Source: Acidimicrobiia bacterium (GTDB taxonomy: Bacteria; Actinomycetota; Acidimicrobiia; IMCC26256; JAMXLJ01). From it: a stretch of 64,000 bases of DNA. How positions within the stretch are numbered: position 1 is the first letter of the stretch; each line of letters begins with the position of its first letter. The DNA lies in NCBI GenBank assembly GCA_036558745.1, contig DATBEZ010000027.1:8520-72519 (forward strand), given 5' to 3'. Below, piece after piece: positions 8,945-18,554 of this stretch. Position numbers and translations under genes: made by a program. Under the pieces are notes generated by a model. The model worked only from the letters and a program-made list of their open reading frames with translations, was not told the DNA's origin and did not search any database.

Positions 8945-9562
8945 ATGCGGCTTCCTGCTGAGCAACGTCGCCGGCAGCTCCTCGACGTCGCGTGCGACGT
9001 CTTCGCGGCCGGCGGCTTCCACGGAACCTCCATGGACGAGATCGCGGAGGCCGCAGGCGTCACGAAGCCGGTGCTGTACCAGCACTTCCCGTCGAAGCGC
9101 GCGCTCTACGCCGAGCTGCTCGGCGACGTCGAGACCCGGCTGCTCGAGCGCATCCGCCGGGCGACGTCCGCGGCCCGCAGCGGGCGGAGCCGGGTCGAAG
9201 CAGGCTTCGCGGCGTACTTCCGTTTCGTCACCGACAACGCGTCGGGCTTCCGTCTACTCTTCGGCGCGTCAGTCCGCAACGACCCTGCGTTCTCGATCGT
9301 CGCCCAGCGCACGATCGACGAGATCGCCGACATGATCGCGGCGCTCATCGACATCGACGTGACGCAGGAGCACCGCATGGTCCTCGCGCACGCGCTCGTC
9401 GGACTCGCGGAGGCCACCAGCCGCCGGCTGCAACACACGGGCGCCGAGAAGGATCCCGAGATCCTCGCCCGGTGGCTGGCCGAGCTCGCGTGGTTCGGGC
9501 TGCGCGGCGTGCGCACCGGCGTCGAGGGTGCGGACGACGTCGAAGCGGCGCTGCCCGGCTGA
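8945..9562 (+). CDS. TetR/AcrR family transcriptional regulator
   Basis: N-terminal HTH: RRRQLLDVACDVFAAGGFHGTSMDEIAEAAGVTKPVLYQHFPSKRALY. Confidence 0.9.
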   Translation: MRLPAEQRRRQLLDVACDVFAAGGFHGTSMDEIAEAAGVTKPVLYQHFPSKRALYAELLGDVETRLLERIRRATSAARSGRSRVEAGFAAYFRFVTDNASGFRLLFGASVRNDPAFSIVAQRTIDEIADMIAALIDIDVTQEHRMVLAHALVGLAEATSRRLQHTGAEKDPEILARWLAELAWFGLRGVRTGVEGADDVEAALPG

Positions 9563-9576
9563 ACGCGACGCGCGCG

Positions 9577-10350
9577 TCAGCCGTAGACGCGCGGCACGGG
9601 GCGACCGCGCGCGTAGGTACTGCGCTCGTAGTTCGAAGGCCCGTCACGTGTGGGGAGCGCGACCTTCGGCGGGAGCACGTCGGTGTAGGGCAGCAACGAC
9701 AGCAGATGGTGGATGCAGTTCAGGCGCGCCACCCGCTTGTCGTCGGCCTCGACGACGTACCACGGCGAGTCCGGGATGTCGGTGTGCTCGAACATGTCGT
9801 CCTTGGCCCGGGAGTAGTCGTCGTAGTGTGCCCGCGACTCCACATCGATCGACGAGAGCTTCCACCGCTTCGTCGGGTCGTCGATACGGTCCTGGAACCG
9901 CCGCCGCTGCTCCTCGTCGCTGACCGACAGCCAGTACTTCACGAGCCGGATCCCGGCGCGCTCCAGCATCCGCTCGAACTCCGGGCACGAGCGGAAGAAC
10001 TCGGCGACGTCCTCGTCGTCGCAGAAGCCCATGACCCGCTCGACGCCGGCGCGGTTGTACCAGGACCGGTCGAACACCACGACCTCACCCGCGGACGGGA
10101 GCTGCGAGACGTAACGCTGGAAGTACCACTGCGTCTGCTCGCGCTCGGTCGGCGCGGGGAGGGCGGCGATGCGCACGACGCGCGGGTTCAGACGTTCGGT
10201 GAGGGCCTTGACCATGCCGCCCTTCCCGGACGCGTCGCGACCCTCGAAGATGATGACGACCCGCTCCCCCGTGGTGTGCACCCAGTACTGGAGCTTCACG
10301 AGCTCGGTCTGGAGCTCCTGGAGCTTCGCCATGTACTCCTTGCGCTTCAC
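9577..10350 (-). CDS. ppk2: polyphosphate kinase 2 family protein
   Basis: VVIIFEGRDASGKGG (PPK2 Walker A-like), RYVSQLPSAGEVVVFDRSWYNRAGVERVMGF, 257 aa. Confidence 0.9.
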   Translation of the reverse strand: MKRKEYMAKLQELQTELVKLQYWVHTTGERVVIIFEGRDASGKGGMVKALTERLNPRVVRIAALPAPTEREQTQWYFQRYVSQLPSAGEVVVFDRSWYNRAGVERVMGFCDDEDVAEFFRSCPEFERMLERAGIRLVKYWLSVSDEEQRRRFQDRIDDPTKRWKLSSIDVESRAHYDDYSRAKDDMFEHTDIPDSPWYVVEADDKRVARLNCIHHLLSLLPYTDVLPPKVALPTRDGPSNYERSTYARGRPVPRVYG

Positions 10351-10371
10351 ACACGGATTCTGCCGTGTCGG

Positions 10372-11040
10372 TCAGGGTCCGACGAACATGTACCCCGCGC
10401 CCCGCACCGTCCGGATGCAGTCGGGCAGTCCCGCGGTCGCGAGCTTCTGGCGGATCCTTCGCACGTGCACGGCCACCGTGCGCGCGTCCCCGCGGCCCGG
10501 CCCCGCGTCCCATACGTCGTGGAGGAGCTCGTGCACCGTCACCGTTCGACCCGCGCTGCCGGCGAGCTGGGCGAGGACGTCGAACTCCTTGGGCGCGAGG
10601 TGGATGGAAGTCGTGCCCACCGTGACCGTGCGGTGCGCCACGTCGACCACCATGGGGTCGAAGCGCAGGATCGGGCCCGCGGTGGCGAGCCGGTGACGAC
10701 GGATCAGCGACCGGACCGTGTGGACGAGCGACGACGCCACGACCGGGCGCACGAAGAACGCCGACGCGCCCGGCAGCCGCTCACGTTCCGCGTGGCTGCC
10801 GACCACTGCGGCGGGGATGCCGGCATCGGAGAGCTGATCGACGAGATCGATCGCGTCACCGTCCGTGAGCCGGGTGTCGACGAGCGCGACGTCGGGGCGC
10901 TCCGCGTCGAGCGCGGCGCGCACGTCGGTGGCGCCACCGGTCACGCGGACGCGAAAGCCCTCTTCCTCCAGCACGCCGGCGAGCAGCTCGCGATCGGCCT
11001 GATGACCACTGGCGAACACGACAACAGGTTCGTCGTCCAC
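10372..11040 (-). CDS. OmpR/PhoB-family response regulator with atypical (pseudo-)receiver domain
   Basis: C-terminal winged helix: LAPKEFDVLAQLA...TVAVHVRRIRQKL...IRTVRGAGYMF. The receiver keeps the Asp in ALVDTRL but has VVVFASGHQ instead of the acidic DD pair, and RP instead of KP. No cognate kinase is adjacent. Confidence 0.85.
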   Translation of the reverse strand: MDDEPVVVFASGHQADRELLAGVLEEEGFRVRVTGGATDVRAALDAERPDVALVDTRLTDGDAIDLVDQLSDAGIPAAVVGSHAERERLPGASAFFVRPVVASSLVHTVRSLIRRHRLATAGPILRFDPMVVDVAHRTVTVGTTSIHLAPKEFDVLAQLAGSAGRTVTVHELLHDVWDAGPGRGDARTVAVHVRRIRQKLATAGLPDCIRTVRGAGYMFVGP

Positions 11041-11175
11041 GGGGCGCCTTCACTCCCATCGCGTCGCGTCGCGACACGACTCTTGTGGTACCCCTCTCCT
11101 CGGCGGTGATGCGCGAATTCAGGAGTCGGCGGAGGGAATGCAACGATCCGCCGTGACACGGCGTGTGTCAGTCCG

Positions 11176-11580
11176 TCACCACCGTGCGCGGCTGGTTCTC
11201 CTGCGGGTCCACAGGAACACCGCGCGATGGAGCTGCTCCAGCTGTGACGGGGTGAGCCCGAGGAAATGCAGGCCATAGAGCTCTCGCGCCGCGGACTCCA
11301 CCCGCCGCACGACGCGCGCCCGGACCTGGAACGTGGTCTCCGCGTTCCGGCTGACCTCGATGCGCAACAGGATCGTGGAGCCGACCTCGAGCTCCCTGCC
11401 GACGAGCTCGATCGCCGCCCCCGACACCGAGACGTCGCGCAGGTTGCAGCCGACCCAGGCGGCCTCACCGGCGTCGTCGAGGAGGTAGAAGCGGACGGGC
11501 TGGTCGAGGCGCACGCGGTAGCCGTCGCGGCGCGTCAGCCCGGAGTCCTCCTCCGGTCGGTCGTGCGCCGCGTCACCCAT
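11176..11580 (-). CDS. PilZ domain protein
   Basis: RRDGYR (RxxxR) followed ~30 aa later by DVSVSG (DxSxxG). 134 aa. Confidence 0.8.
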   Translation of the reverse strand: MGDAAHDRPEEDSGLTRRDGYRVRLDQPVRFYLLDDAGEAAWVGCNLRDVSVSGAAIELVGRELEVGSTILLRIEVSRNAETTFQVRARVVRRVESAARELYGLHFLGLTPSQLEQLHRAVFLWTRRRTSRARW

Positions 11581-11672
11581 GGGTCTGCTCGTGTTCCTCG
11601 TTCCCGTGACGTGATCGTCATCGCCTCACTCGGCGGGTGCGGGCACGAGTTGAGCGGTGCTAGGAAGGCCAC

Positions 11673-12863
11673 ATGAGCAGCTCCGCGAGCATCGACGGCA
11701 CGACGATCGACGGCTGGACCGCACCGGGGTTCGAGAACGTCCGCGACGCGTTCGAGCGCAACTTCAAGGACGGGCGCGAGGTGGGCGCGGCGTTCTCGGC
11801 GTACCACCGCGGCCGTCAGGTGGTGGACCTCTGGGGCGGCGTCGCCGACCGGGCGACGGGGCGGCCGTGGGAGCGCGATGCCGTGGTCGTCGTGTTCTCG
11901 ACGACCAAGGGTGCGACCGCGGTCTGTGCGAACCAGCTCGCCCAGGACGGCCGCCTCGATATGGACGCCCCCGTCGTGGCGTACTGGCCCGAGTTCGGCC
12001 AGGAGGGCAAGGAGCGCATCCCCGTCAACTACCTCCTGTCCCATCGCGCCGGCCTGGCCTGGGTGGACGAGCCGCTCACGCTCGAGCAGGCCCTGGCGTG
12101 GGAGCCGATGATCCACGCGCTCGAGCACCAGCGGCCGGCATGGGAGCCCGGCACCGCGCATGGCTACCACGCGATCACCTACGGGAACCTCGTCGGTGAG
12201 GTCGTGCGGCGGGTCACGGGCCGCACGGTCGGCACCTACTTCCGCGAGGAGATCGCCGAACCGCTCGGCCTCGACTTCTGGATCGGCCTCCCCGAGGAGC
12301 AGGAGCGTCGCGTCGCGCCGCTGGTCGGCGACATCACCGGGAGCAGCTCCGATCTCGACGAGGACGCGCGCAGCTCACTCGCCCAGCTGATGGGTCCGGA
12401 CTCGATGCTGGGCAAGGCGTTGACCGCGGGCGGCGCGTTCGCCGACGACGGGATCTTCAACACGCGCGCGGTGCACGCGGCGGAGGTTCCCGCCGCGGCC
12501 GGCATCGCGGACGCGCGCTCCATCGCGCGCCTCTACGCCGCGTGCATCGGCGAGGTCGACGGCATCCGTCTCCTCACGCCGGAGCAGCTCGCGGACGCGA
12601 CGACGCAGCGCACCGAGGGTCCGAACCTCGTGCTGCTCGGTCTCGATCTGCAGTTCGGGCTCGGCTTCATCGTTCCGTCGACCCTCGTGCAGCTGGGCGG
12701 GCCGCGCTCGTTCGGACACTTCGGCGCCGGCGGGTCGGCCGGTTGGGCCGACCCGGAGGCGGAGCTCGCGTTCGGCTACACGATGAACCGGATGGACATC
12801 GGGCTCGCCGGTGACCAGCGCAGCTACGTCCTGATCAACGCGTGCTACGAGGCGCTCGCCTGA
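11673..12863 (+). CDS. serine hydrolase, beta-lactamase/esterase (class C-like) family
   Basis: STTK (SxxK) motif in VVVFSTTKGATAV. 396 aa, with the typical EstA/AmpC-like layout. Confidence 0.9.
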   Translation: MSSSASIDGTTIDGWTAPGFENVRDAFERNFKDGREVGAAFSAYHRGRQVVDLWGGVADRATGRPWERDAVVVVFSTTKGATAVCANQLAQDGRLDMDAPVVAYWPEFGQEGKERIPVNYLLSHRAGLAWVDEPLTLEQALAWEPMIHALEHQRPAWEPGTAHGYHAITYGNLVGEVVRRVTGRTVGTYFREEIAEPLGLDFWIGLPEEQERRVAPLVGDITGSSSDLDEDARSSLAQLMGPDSMLGKALTAGGAFADDGIFNTRAVHAAEVPAAAGIADARSIARLYAACIGEVDGIRLLTPEQLADATTQRTEGPNLVLLGLDLQFGLGFIVPSTLVQLGGPRSFGHFGAGGSAGWADPEAELAFGYTMNRMDIGLAGDQRSYVLINACYEALA

Positions 12864-12913
12864 CGCGACGCCCGCGCTTCAAGATCGCGCTCGCGCCTGC
12901 CGAGTGCTGTGGC

Positions 12914-13435
12914 ATGACCACAACGGACGTTCGCGCGCCCGCGCCTCGAGGCGGCCTGACCGGGTTCCTCAAGGACAACGGCGTGCTGCTGCTCGGGCCG
13001 GTCCTCTGGCTCGTGTCCACCGTCGTGTACGTCGTCGCGCACGGCACCTCGGGATGGGAGGTGCAGGCGCTGCGCAACGGCCTGATCTACGGAGTGGGTG
13101 TCGGCGGGCTGGTCGCCGCCCTCGGGCACACCGTCTTCGCCGACCAGGTCGCGGCGTCGATCGGCTGGCCGATCCACACCGGGTTCCAGTTCGAGGTCGC
13201 GATGACGAACCTCGGCATCGGTGTCATCGGCAACTGGTGCGCGCTCACGAACGACCGGGGGTTCTGGCTCGCGACGATCGTCATGACGACGGTGTTCCTC
13301 GTCGGCGCGGCCGCGGGTCACCTGCGCGAGATGATCACGAAGAAGAACTTCGCCGTGAACAACGCGGGCTTCATCTTCTACTGGGATCTCGTGCTGCCCG
13401 CCGTGCTCATCGCGCTGTACGTCGCGACCTCCTGA
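12914..13435 (+). CDS. hypothetical integral membrane protein (4-5 TM)
   Basis: ATG at 12914 (MTTTDVRAP...). Hydrophobic helices throughout. The upstream 24 codons of the tracked ORF overlap the hydrolase gene end and look non-coding. Confidence 0.65.
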   Translation: MTTTDVRAPAPRGGLTGFLKDNGVLLLGPVLWLVSTVVYVVAHGTSGWEVQALRNGLIYGVGVGGLVAALGHTVFADQVAASIGWPIHTGFQFEVAMTNLGIGVIGNWCALTNDRGFWLATIVMTTVFLVGAAAGHLREMITKKNFAVNNAGFIFYWDLVLPAVLIALYVATS

Positions 13436-14262
13436 TCGGCGTCCCGGTCGCGCCGGCGCCGCAGCGTGACGGCGAACGTCGCCGCGTACAGCGCGCGGCG
13501 AGGGCCATCACCGCGAAGCTGGGTGGCACGTCCGGCGCGAGGTAGGCGACCAGGAGGCGACCCAGACCGCGGGCACCGCGAGCGCGGCCGACAGGACCAT
13601 GGCGCGGTACGGACGGTCGGTGAGGCGCCGTGCGGCACCCGCGGGCGCGGCGATGAGCCCAACGAGCAGCGGCGCACCGACCGCCTGGCTGGCCTCGGCC
13701 GCACAGACGCCGACGAGCGCGAGGAACGCGAGACCGAGCATCCGCACCGGCACCCCGCGCGCACGGGCGACGGCCTCGTCGAGCATGGCGAAGAGCAACG
13801 GTCGCGCGATCACGAGCATCACCGCGCACACCACGACGCCGACGACCGCAGCGAGCACGGCGTCCGGTCCGCTGAGCCCGAAGATGGAGCCGAAGAGCAC
13901 ATTGACCCCGGCCGTGCTGTTCCCCGTCCCACTCGACGTGGTGTAGATCGTCGCGAACAGCACGCCGAGCCCGAGCACCCGTGAAGACGATCCCGATCAC
14001 GACGTCGTCGGCTCGGCCGCGCGAGCCGAGCAGCCCCATCACGACCGCCACGGCGATCGACGCCGCGAACAGCCCGACCCGGACGTCCAACCCCGCAGCC
14101 GGCGCCGCGAGCGCGCCGGTGAACGCGAGGTGGCTCAGCGCATCCCCGCTGAACACCTGGCTGCGCAGCACGAGGAACGAGCCGACCAGCCCGCACCGGC
14201 ATCGCGGCCGCGGCGACGGCTCGCCGATTGGACTTGTCGAGCCCGGTCCAATCGGCCACCAT
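13378..14262 (-). pseudogene. metal (Zn/Mn-type, ABC-3 family) ABC transporter permease, disrupted by at least four frameshifts
   Basis: A ZnuB/MntB-like sequence is spread over three minus-strand frames: MVADWTGLDKSNRRAVAAAAMPV / CGLVGSFLVLRSQVFSGDALSHLAFTGALAA...IGIVFTG / LGLGVLFATIY...GSIFGLS...LDEAVARARGVPVRML...LLVGLIAAPAGAARRLT / LVAYLAPDVPPSFAVMALAA / ALYAATFAVTLRRRR. No cognate ATPase or binding protein nearby. Confidence 0.7.
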
Positions 14263-14268
14263 CGCGTG

Positions 14269-15662
14269 ATGACCGCCACGCCCGCCGCACGCCCGCCGAT
14301 CGGGACGGTGCAGCTCACGGCCCTGCTCGACGGCGACTCCTGGCGCAACGCAGGCCACGGTCCCCTCGCCCGGCGGCTGGCCCACGTGGTGCGATCCCGG
14401 ATCAGGAGCGGGCTCCTGCCGGAGGGCACGGTGCTGCCCCCGGAACGCGCGCTCGCCCGTGCGCTCGACCTGAGCCGCTCGACCGTCGTGGCCGCGCTCG
14501 ACGAGCTGCGCGCGGAAGGCATCGTCGACTCGCGCCACGGCAGCGGGACGTGGGTCGCGGCGACGGGCCACGGCGAGGACGCCGGCGTCGTCGCCGACCG
14601 CCTGCTGCGCGGAGGCTCGAACCTGAACCTCGCCGCGTCGGTGCCGGCCGACGCGTCGCACCTGCCGGACCTGAGGGTGGACGTCGCCGACTTCGTGTCG
14701 GTCACGCCCGCGCACGGCTACGCGCCAGCGGGTCTGCCCGCGCTTCGCGACGCGATCGCGCAGCGCTGGCGCGCCCTCGGCGTCCGCACCGTCCCCGCGC
14801 AGATCCACGTCACCAACGGAGCGCAGCACGCGATCGATCTGGCGTTGGGCGCGTTGACCCGCCCCGGTGACGTCGTCGCGCTGGAAGACCCGACCTACGT
14901 CGGCGTCTTCGACGTGCTCGACGCGCGTGGTCTGCGTCCGCTCCCGATCCCGCTCGACGCGCTCGACGACGACGGGCTCGCGCGTTTGTGTCGCGCCGGT
15001 CGCGCACGGGCGCTCTTCCTCGTTCCGGGTGTGCACAGCCCGACGGGTCGCGTGCGTCGCACGTCCGCCGTCCGGCGACTCGCACACGAGCTGGACGAGC
15101 TCGGCCTTCCTGTGGTCGCCGACGAGACGCTGTCGGACCTCGCGTTCGACGGTCGCCGGCCGCTCTCGCTCGCAGCCGCATGCACGCGCGCGCCGGTCGT
15201 GACGGTGGAGAGCACGAGCAAGGTCGCATGGGGCGGCCTGCGGGTGGGTTGGCTGCGGGCCGACCGGGACGTGATCGAGCGCACCGTTGCCGAGCGCTCC
15301 CGACACGACTTCGGGACCGCGATCCCGTCACAGCTCCTCGCCCTCCGACTCTTGCGTGATCACGACGAGCTCGTCGCGCGCCGCCGAGACGCGCTCCGGA
15401 GCGCCGCCGCCACGATGACGAGCCTGCTCCGTCGGGAGCTGCCGGGCTGGCGTTTCGTCGCGCCGGCCGGCGGGCTCTCGATGTGGGTCGACACGGGCAT
15501 GGACGCGGCGCGGTTCTCGGAGCGCGCGCTCGAGCACGGCGTGACCGTGGCGGCCGGCTCGTCGGCGTCACGCGGGCACGAGGCCCATACGCACCTGCGC
15601 CTCTGCTTCGACCGGCCCGCCCTCGAGCTGGAAGCCGCGATCACGCGGCTCGCGCGCGCGGC

Positions 15663-15672
<10 letters not shown>
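14269..15672 (+). CDS. MocR-type regulator (GntR HTH fused to PLP-dependent aminotransferase-like domain)
   Basis: LPPERALARALDLSRSTVVAALDELRAEGIVDSRHGSGTWV (GntR wHTH), followed by a ~350-aa class I/II aminotransferase-like domain. Start taken at ATG 14269 (GTG 14266 also possible). Confidence 0.85.
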
Positions 15673-16523
<851 letters not shown>

Positions 16524-16570
16524 CGCGCAACGGTACCCAGCCCGGTCGCGGCGGGATACGGTCGCGCTGC

Positions 16571-18073
16571 TTGGTGACGACCGACCAGGACCTTGTGCTC
16601 CCGTCGCCGTGCCTGGTGGTGCTGGTCGGCCCGTCGGGAGCGGGCAAGTCGACGTGGGCCGCCACACACTTCCGGCCCGAGCAGATCGTGAGCAGTGACC
16701 GGCTGCGCGCCATGGTCGGCGACGCCGAGGACGACCTGGCCGCGAGCGTCGACGCGTTCGATCTGCTGGAGCGCGTCGTCGACCACCGCACCCGCCGACG
16801 GCTCACGACGGTCGTCGACACGCTGGGCCTGGACGCGAGCCGGCGGGCACGGTGGCTCGAGGTCGCGCGCCGTCACGACGTCGCGACCGCGTGTGTCGTC
16901 TTCCCCGCGACGGTCGCGACGTGCCGGCTCCGCAACCGCGAAGCCGGTCGGGCCGTGCCCGAGCGCGTGCTCTCCCAGCAGGTGCGGCAACTGCGCGAGC
17001 AGCGCGACGAGCTCGATCGCGAGGGCTACGACGTCGTGTTCGAGGCGACGGCGGTGCGCACCGCGCCGCGGAAGGTCGCGGTGGCGGCACCGCTCGCCGA
17101 GCGCCAGCGCGAGGACCCGGTCGGGCTGCAGTTCGGGTTGCAGCTCCCGGCCCACACGTGGCCGGGAGGCCCGGCCGAGATCGGCACGCGGCTCGCGTCG
17201 ATCGCGCGCGCCGCCGAGGACGCGGGATTCTCGAGCATCTGGGTGATGGACCACTTCCGCCAGATCCCGATGCTCGGTCCGGCGTGGCACGACATGCTCG
17301 AGAGCTACACCGCGCTCGCATACCTCGCCGGCGTGACCCGGCGGGTGCGCCTCGGCACGCTCGTCACCGGGATCACCTACCGGAACGTCGCGCACCTCGG
17401 CAAGATCGTCGCGACGCTCGACGTCCTGTCGGGAGGACGCGCGGTGTGCGGTGTCGGGCTCGGCTGGTACGAGGCGGAGCACCGCGCGTACGGATGGACG
17501 TTCCCGACGCTCGACGAGCGGTACGCGTTGCTCGAGGACGCGCTGCAAGTGCTGCGGCTCCTGTGGGGCAAGGGCACGCCGTCGTACGAGGGCCGGGTCG
17601 TCTCGGTGCCGGAGGCACTCTGTTACCCGCGGCCGCTGCAGGAGCACGTGCCCGTCCTCGTCGGCGGCAACGGCGAACGGCGCACCCTTCGCCTCGCCGC
17701 GCAGTACGCGGACGCGTGCAACGTGATCGGCGACGTCGACGTGGTCACACGCAAGGTGGACGCGCTGCGCCGGCACTGCGACGCGTGCGGTCGCGACCCG
17801 TCGAGCGTTGAGGTCACCCAGCTCTCGACGACGTTGATCGGACGTGACACCGCCGAAGTCGCGGCCGCGATCGACCGGCTCCGCCCACGCCGCACGAGCG
17901 CCGAGCGCTACGCGGCCTCGGTGAACGCGGGCACGGTGCACGACCAGATCGGCCGCTTCCGCGCCCTGGCCGACGCCGGCGTGCAGACCGCGATCGTCAG
18001 CGTCCCCGACGTCGCCGAGCTCACGCCGCTCGAGCGCTTCGCCGACGTCATCGCCGCCTTCGCCACCACCTGA
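16571..18073 (+). CDS. fusion protein: P-loop kinase (AAA_33 / polynucleotide-kinase-like) N-domain + LLM-class (F420/flavin-dependent luciferase-like) oxidoreductase C-domain
   Basis: N-domain: LVVLVGPSGAGKSTWA...SSDRLR...TTVVDTLGL...RWLEVARRHDV. C-domain from ~aa 185: LQFGLQLP...GFSSIWVMDHF...LGTLVTGITYRN...LSGGRAVCGVGLGWYEAEHRAYGW...VLVGGNGERRTLRLAAQYADACN. Confidence 0.8.
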   Translation: MVTTDQDLVLPSPCLVVLVGPSGAGKSTWAATHFRPEQIVSSDRLRAMVGDAEDDLAASVDAFDLLERVVDHRTRRRLTTVVDTLGLDASRRARWLEVARRHDVATACVVFPATVATCRLRNREAGRAVPERVLSQQVRQLREQRDELDREGYDVVFEATAVRTAPRKVAVAAPLAERQREDPVGLQFGLQLPAHTWPGGPAEIGTRLASIARAAEDAGFSSIWVMDHFRQIPMLGPAWHDMLESYTALAYLAGVTRRVRLGTLVTGITYRNVAHLGKIVATLDVLSGGRAVCGVGLGWYEAEHRAYGWTFPTLDERYALLEDALQVLRLLWGKGTPSYEGRVVSVPEALCYPRPLQEHVPVLVGGNGERRTLRLAAQYADACNVIGDVDVVTRKVDALRRHCDACGRDPSSVEVTQLSTTLIGRDTAEVAAAIDRLRPRRTSAERYAASVNAGTVHDQIGRFRALADAGVQTAIVSVPDVAELTPLERFADVIAAFATT

Positions 18074-18087
18074 CCCCCGCTCAGTTG

Positions 18088-18122
18088 GGACGCTCATCGG
18101 CGCCATGAGCCGATGAGCGTCC
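18088..18122. terminator. perfect 14-bp stem / 7-nt loop hairpin (GGACGCTCATCGGC-GCCATGA-GCCGATGAGCGTCC), no U-tract
   Basis: Read directly from the sequence. Lies 15 nt after the stop of the kinase::LLM gene. Its 3' arm contains the ATG (18113) of the next ORF. Confidence 0.55.
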
Positions 18123-18424
18123 CGATCCTTCAGGCCCTGATGGCCCCGCACGGCTACCTACACGGCGGGACCGTGGTCAGCGTCGCGGACTCGCTGTGCG
18201 GCTACGGGACGATCGTGAACCTGCCCGACGGCGCGAAGGGCTTCGTCACCGTCGAGCTCAAGACCAACTTCCTCGGCACGATCCGGGGTGGCGCGATGGT
18301 GTGCGAGGCGACGCCCGTGCACGTCGGGCGCACCACGCAGGTGTGGGACGCGATCGCGCGCGACGAGGCGACGGACCGGATGCTGGCCACGTTCCGCTGC
18401 ACCCAGCTCGTCCTCTGGGAGTGA
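18113..18424 (+). CDS. PaaI/hotdog-fold thioesterase, N-terminally short (possible truncated remnant)
   Basis: HGYLHGGTVVSVADSLCGYG...VELKTNFL...VHVGRTTQVWDA. Only 103 aa. The GxxHGG motif starts at residue 13, whereas I expect it around residues 45-55. In-frame stop at 18071-18073 prevents extension. Confidence 0.65.
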   Translation: MSVPILQALMAPHGYLHGGTVVSVADSLCGYGTIVNLPDGAKGFVTVELKTNFLGTIRGGAMVCEATPVHVGRTTQVWDAIARDEATDRMLATFRCTQLVLWE

Positions 18425-18554
18425 GCACCGCGCGAATTCGCACGGTGCGTGGTGGCTCGCGGACCGTCCCTCGATCGTAACCCGCGCGGGTGTAGAACCG
18501 CGCGCAGCGGGGCACGATGCGCGCCATGCGGCGCCGGACGGACGGTGGGGTGCG

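Noticed and set aside
9563-9576. GACGCGCGCGTC 12-nt palindrome between the convergent TetR and PPK2 genes, as a terminator.
   Set aside because: The stem would have no loop and is very short. It is indistinguishable from chance CG-rich self-complementarity in this genome.
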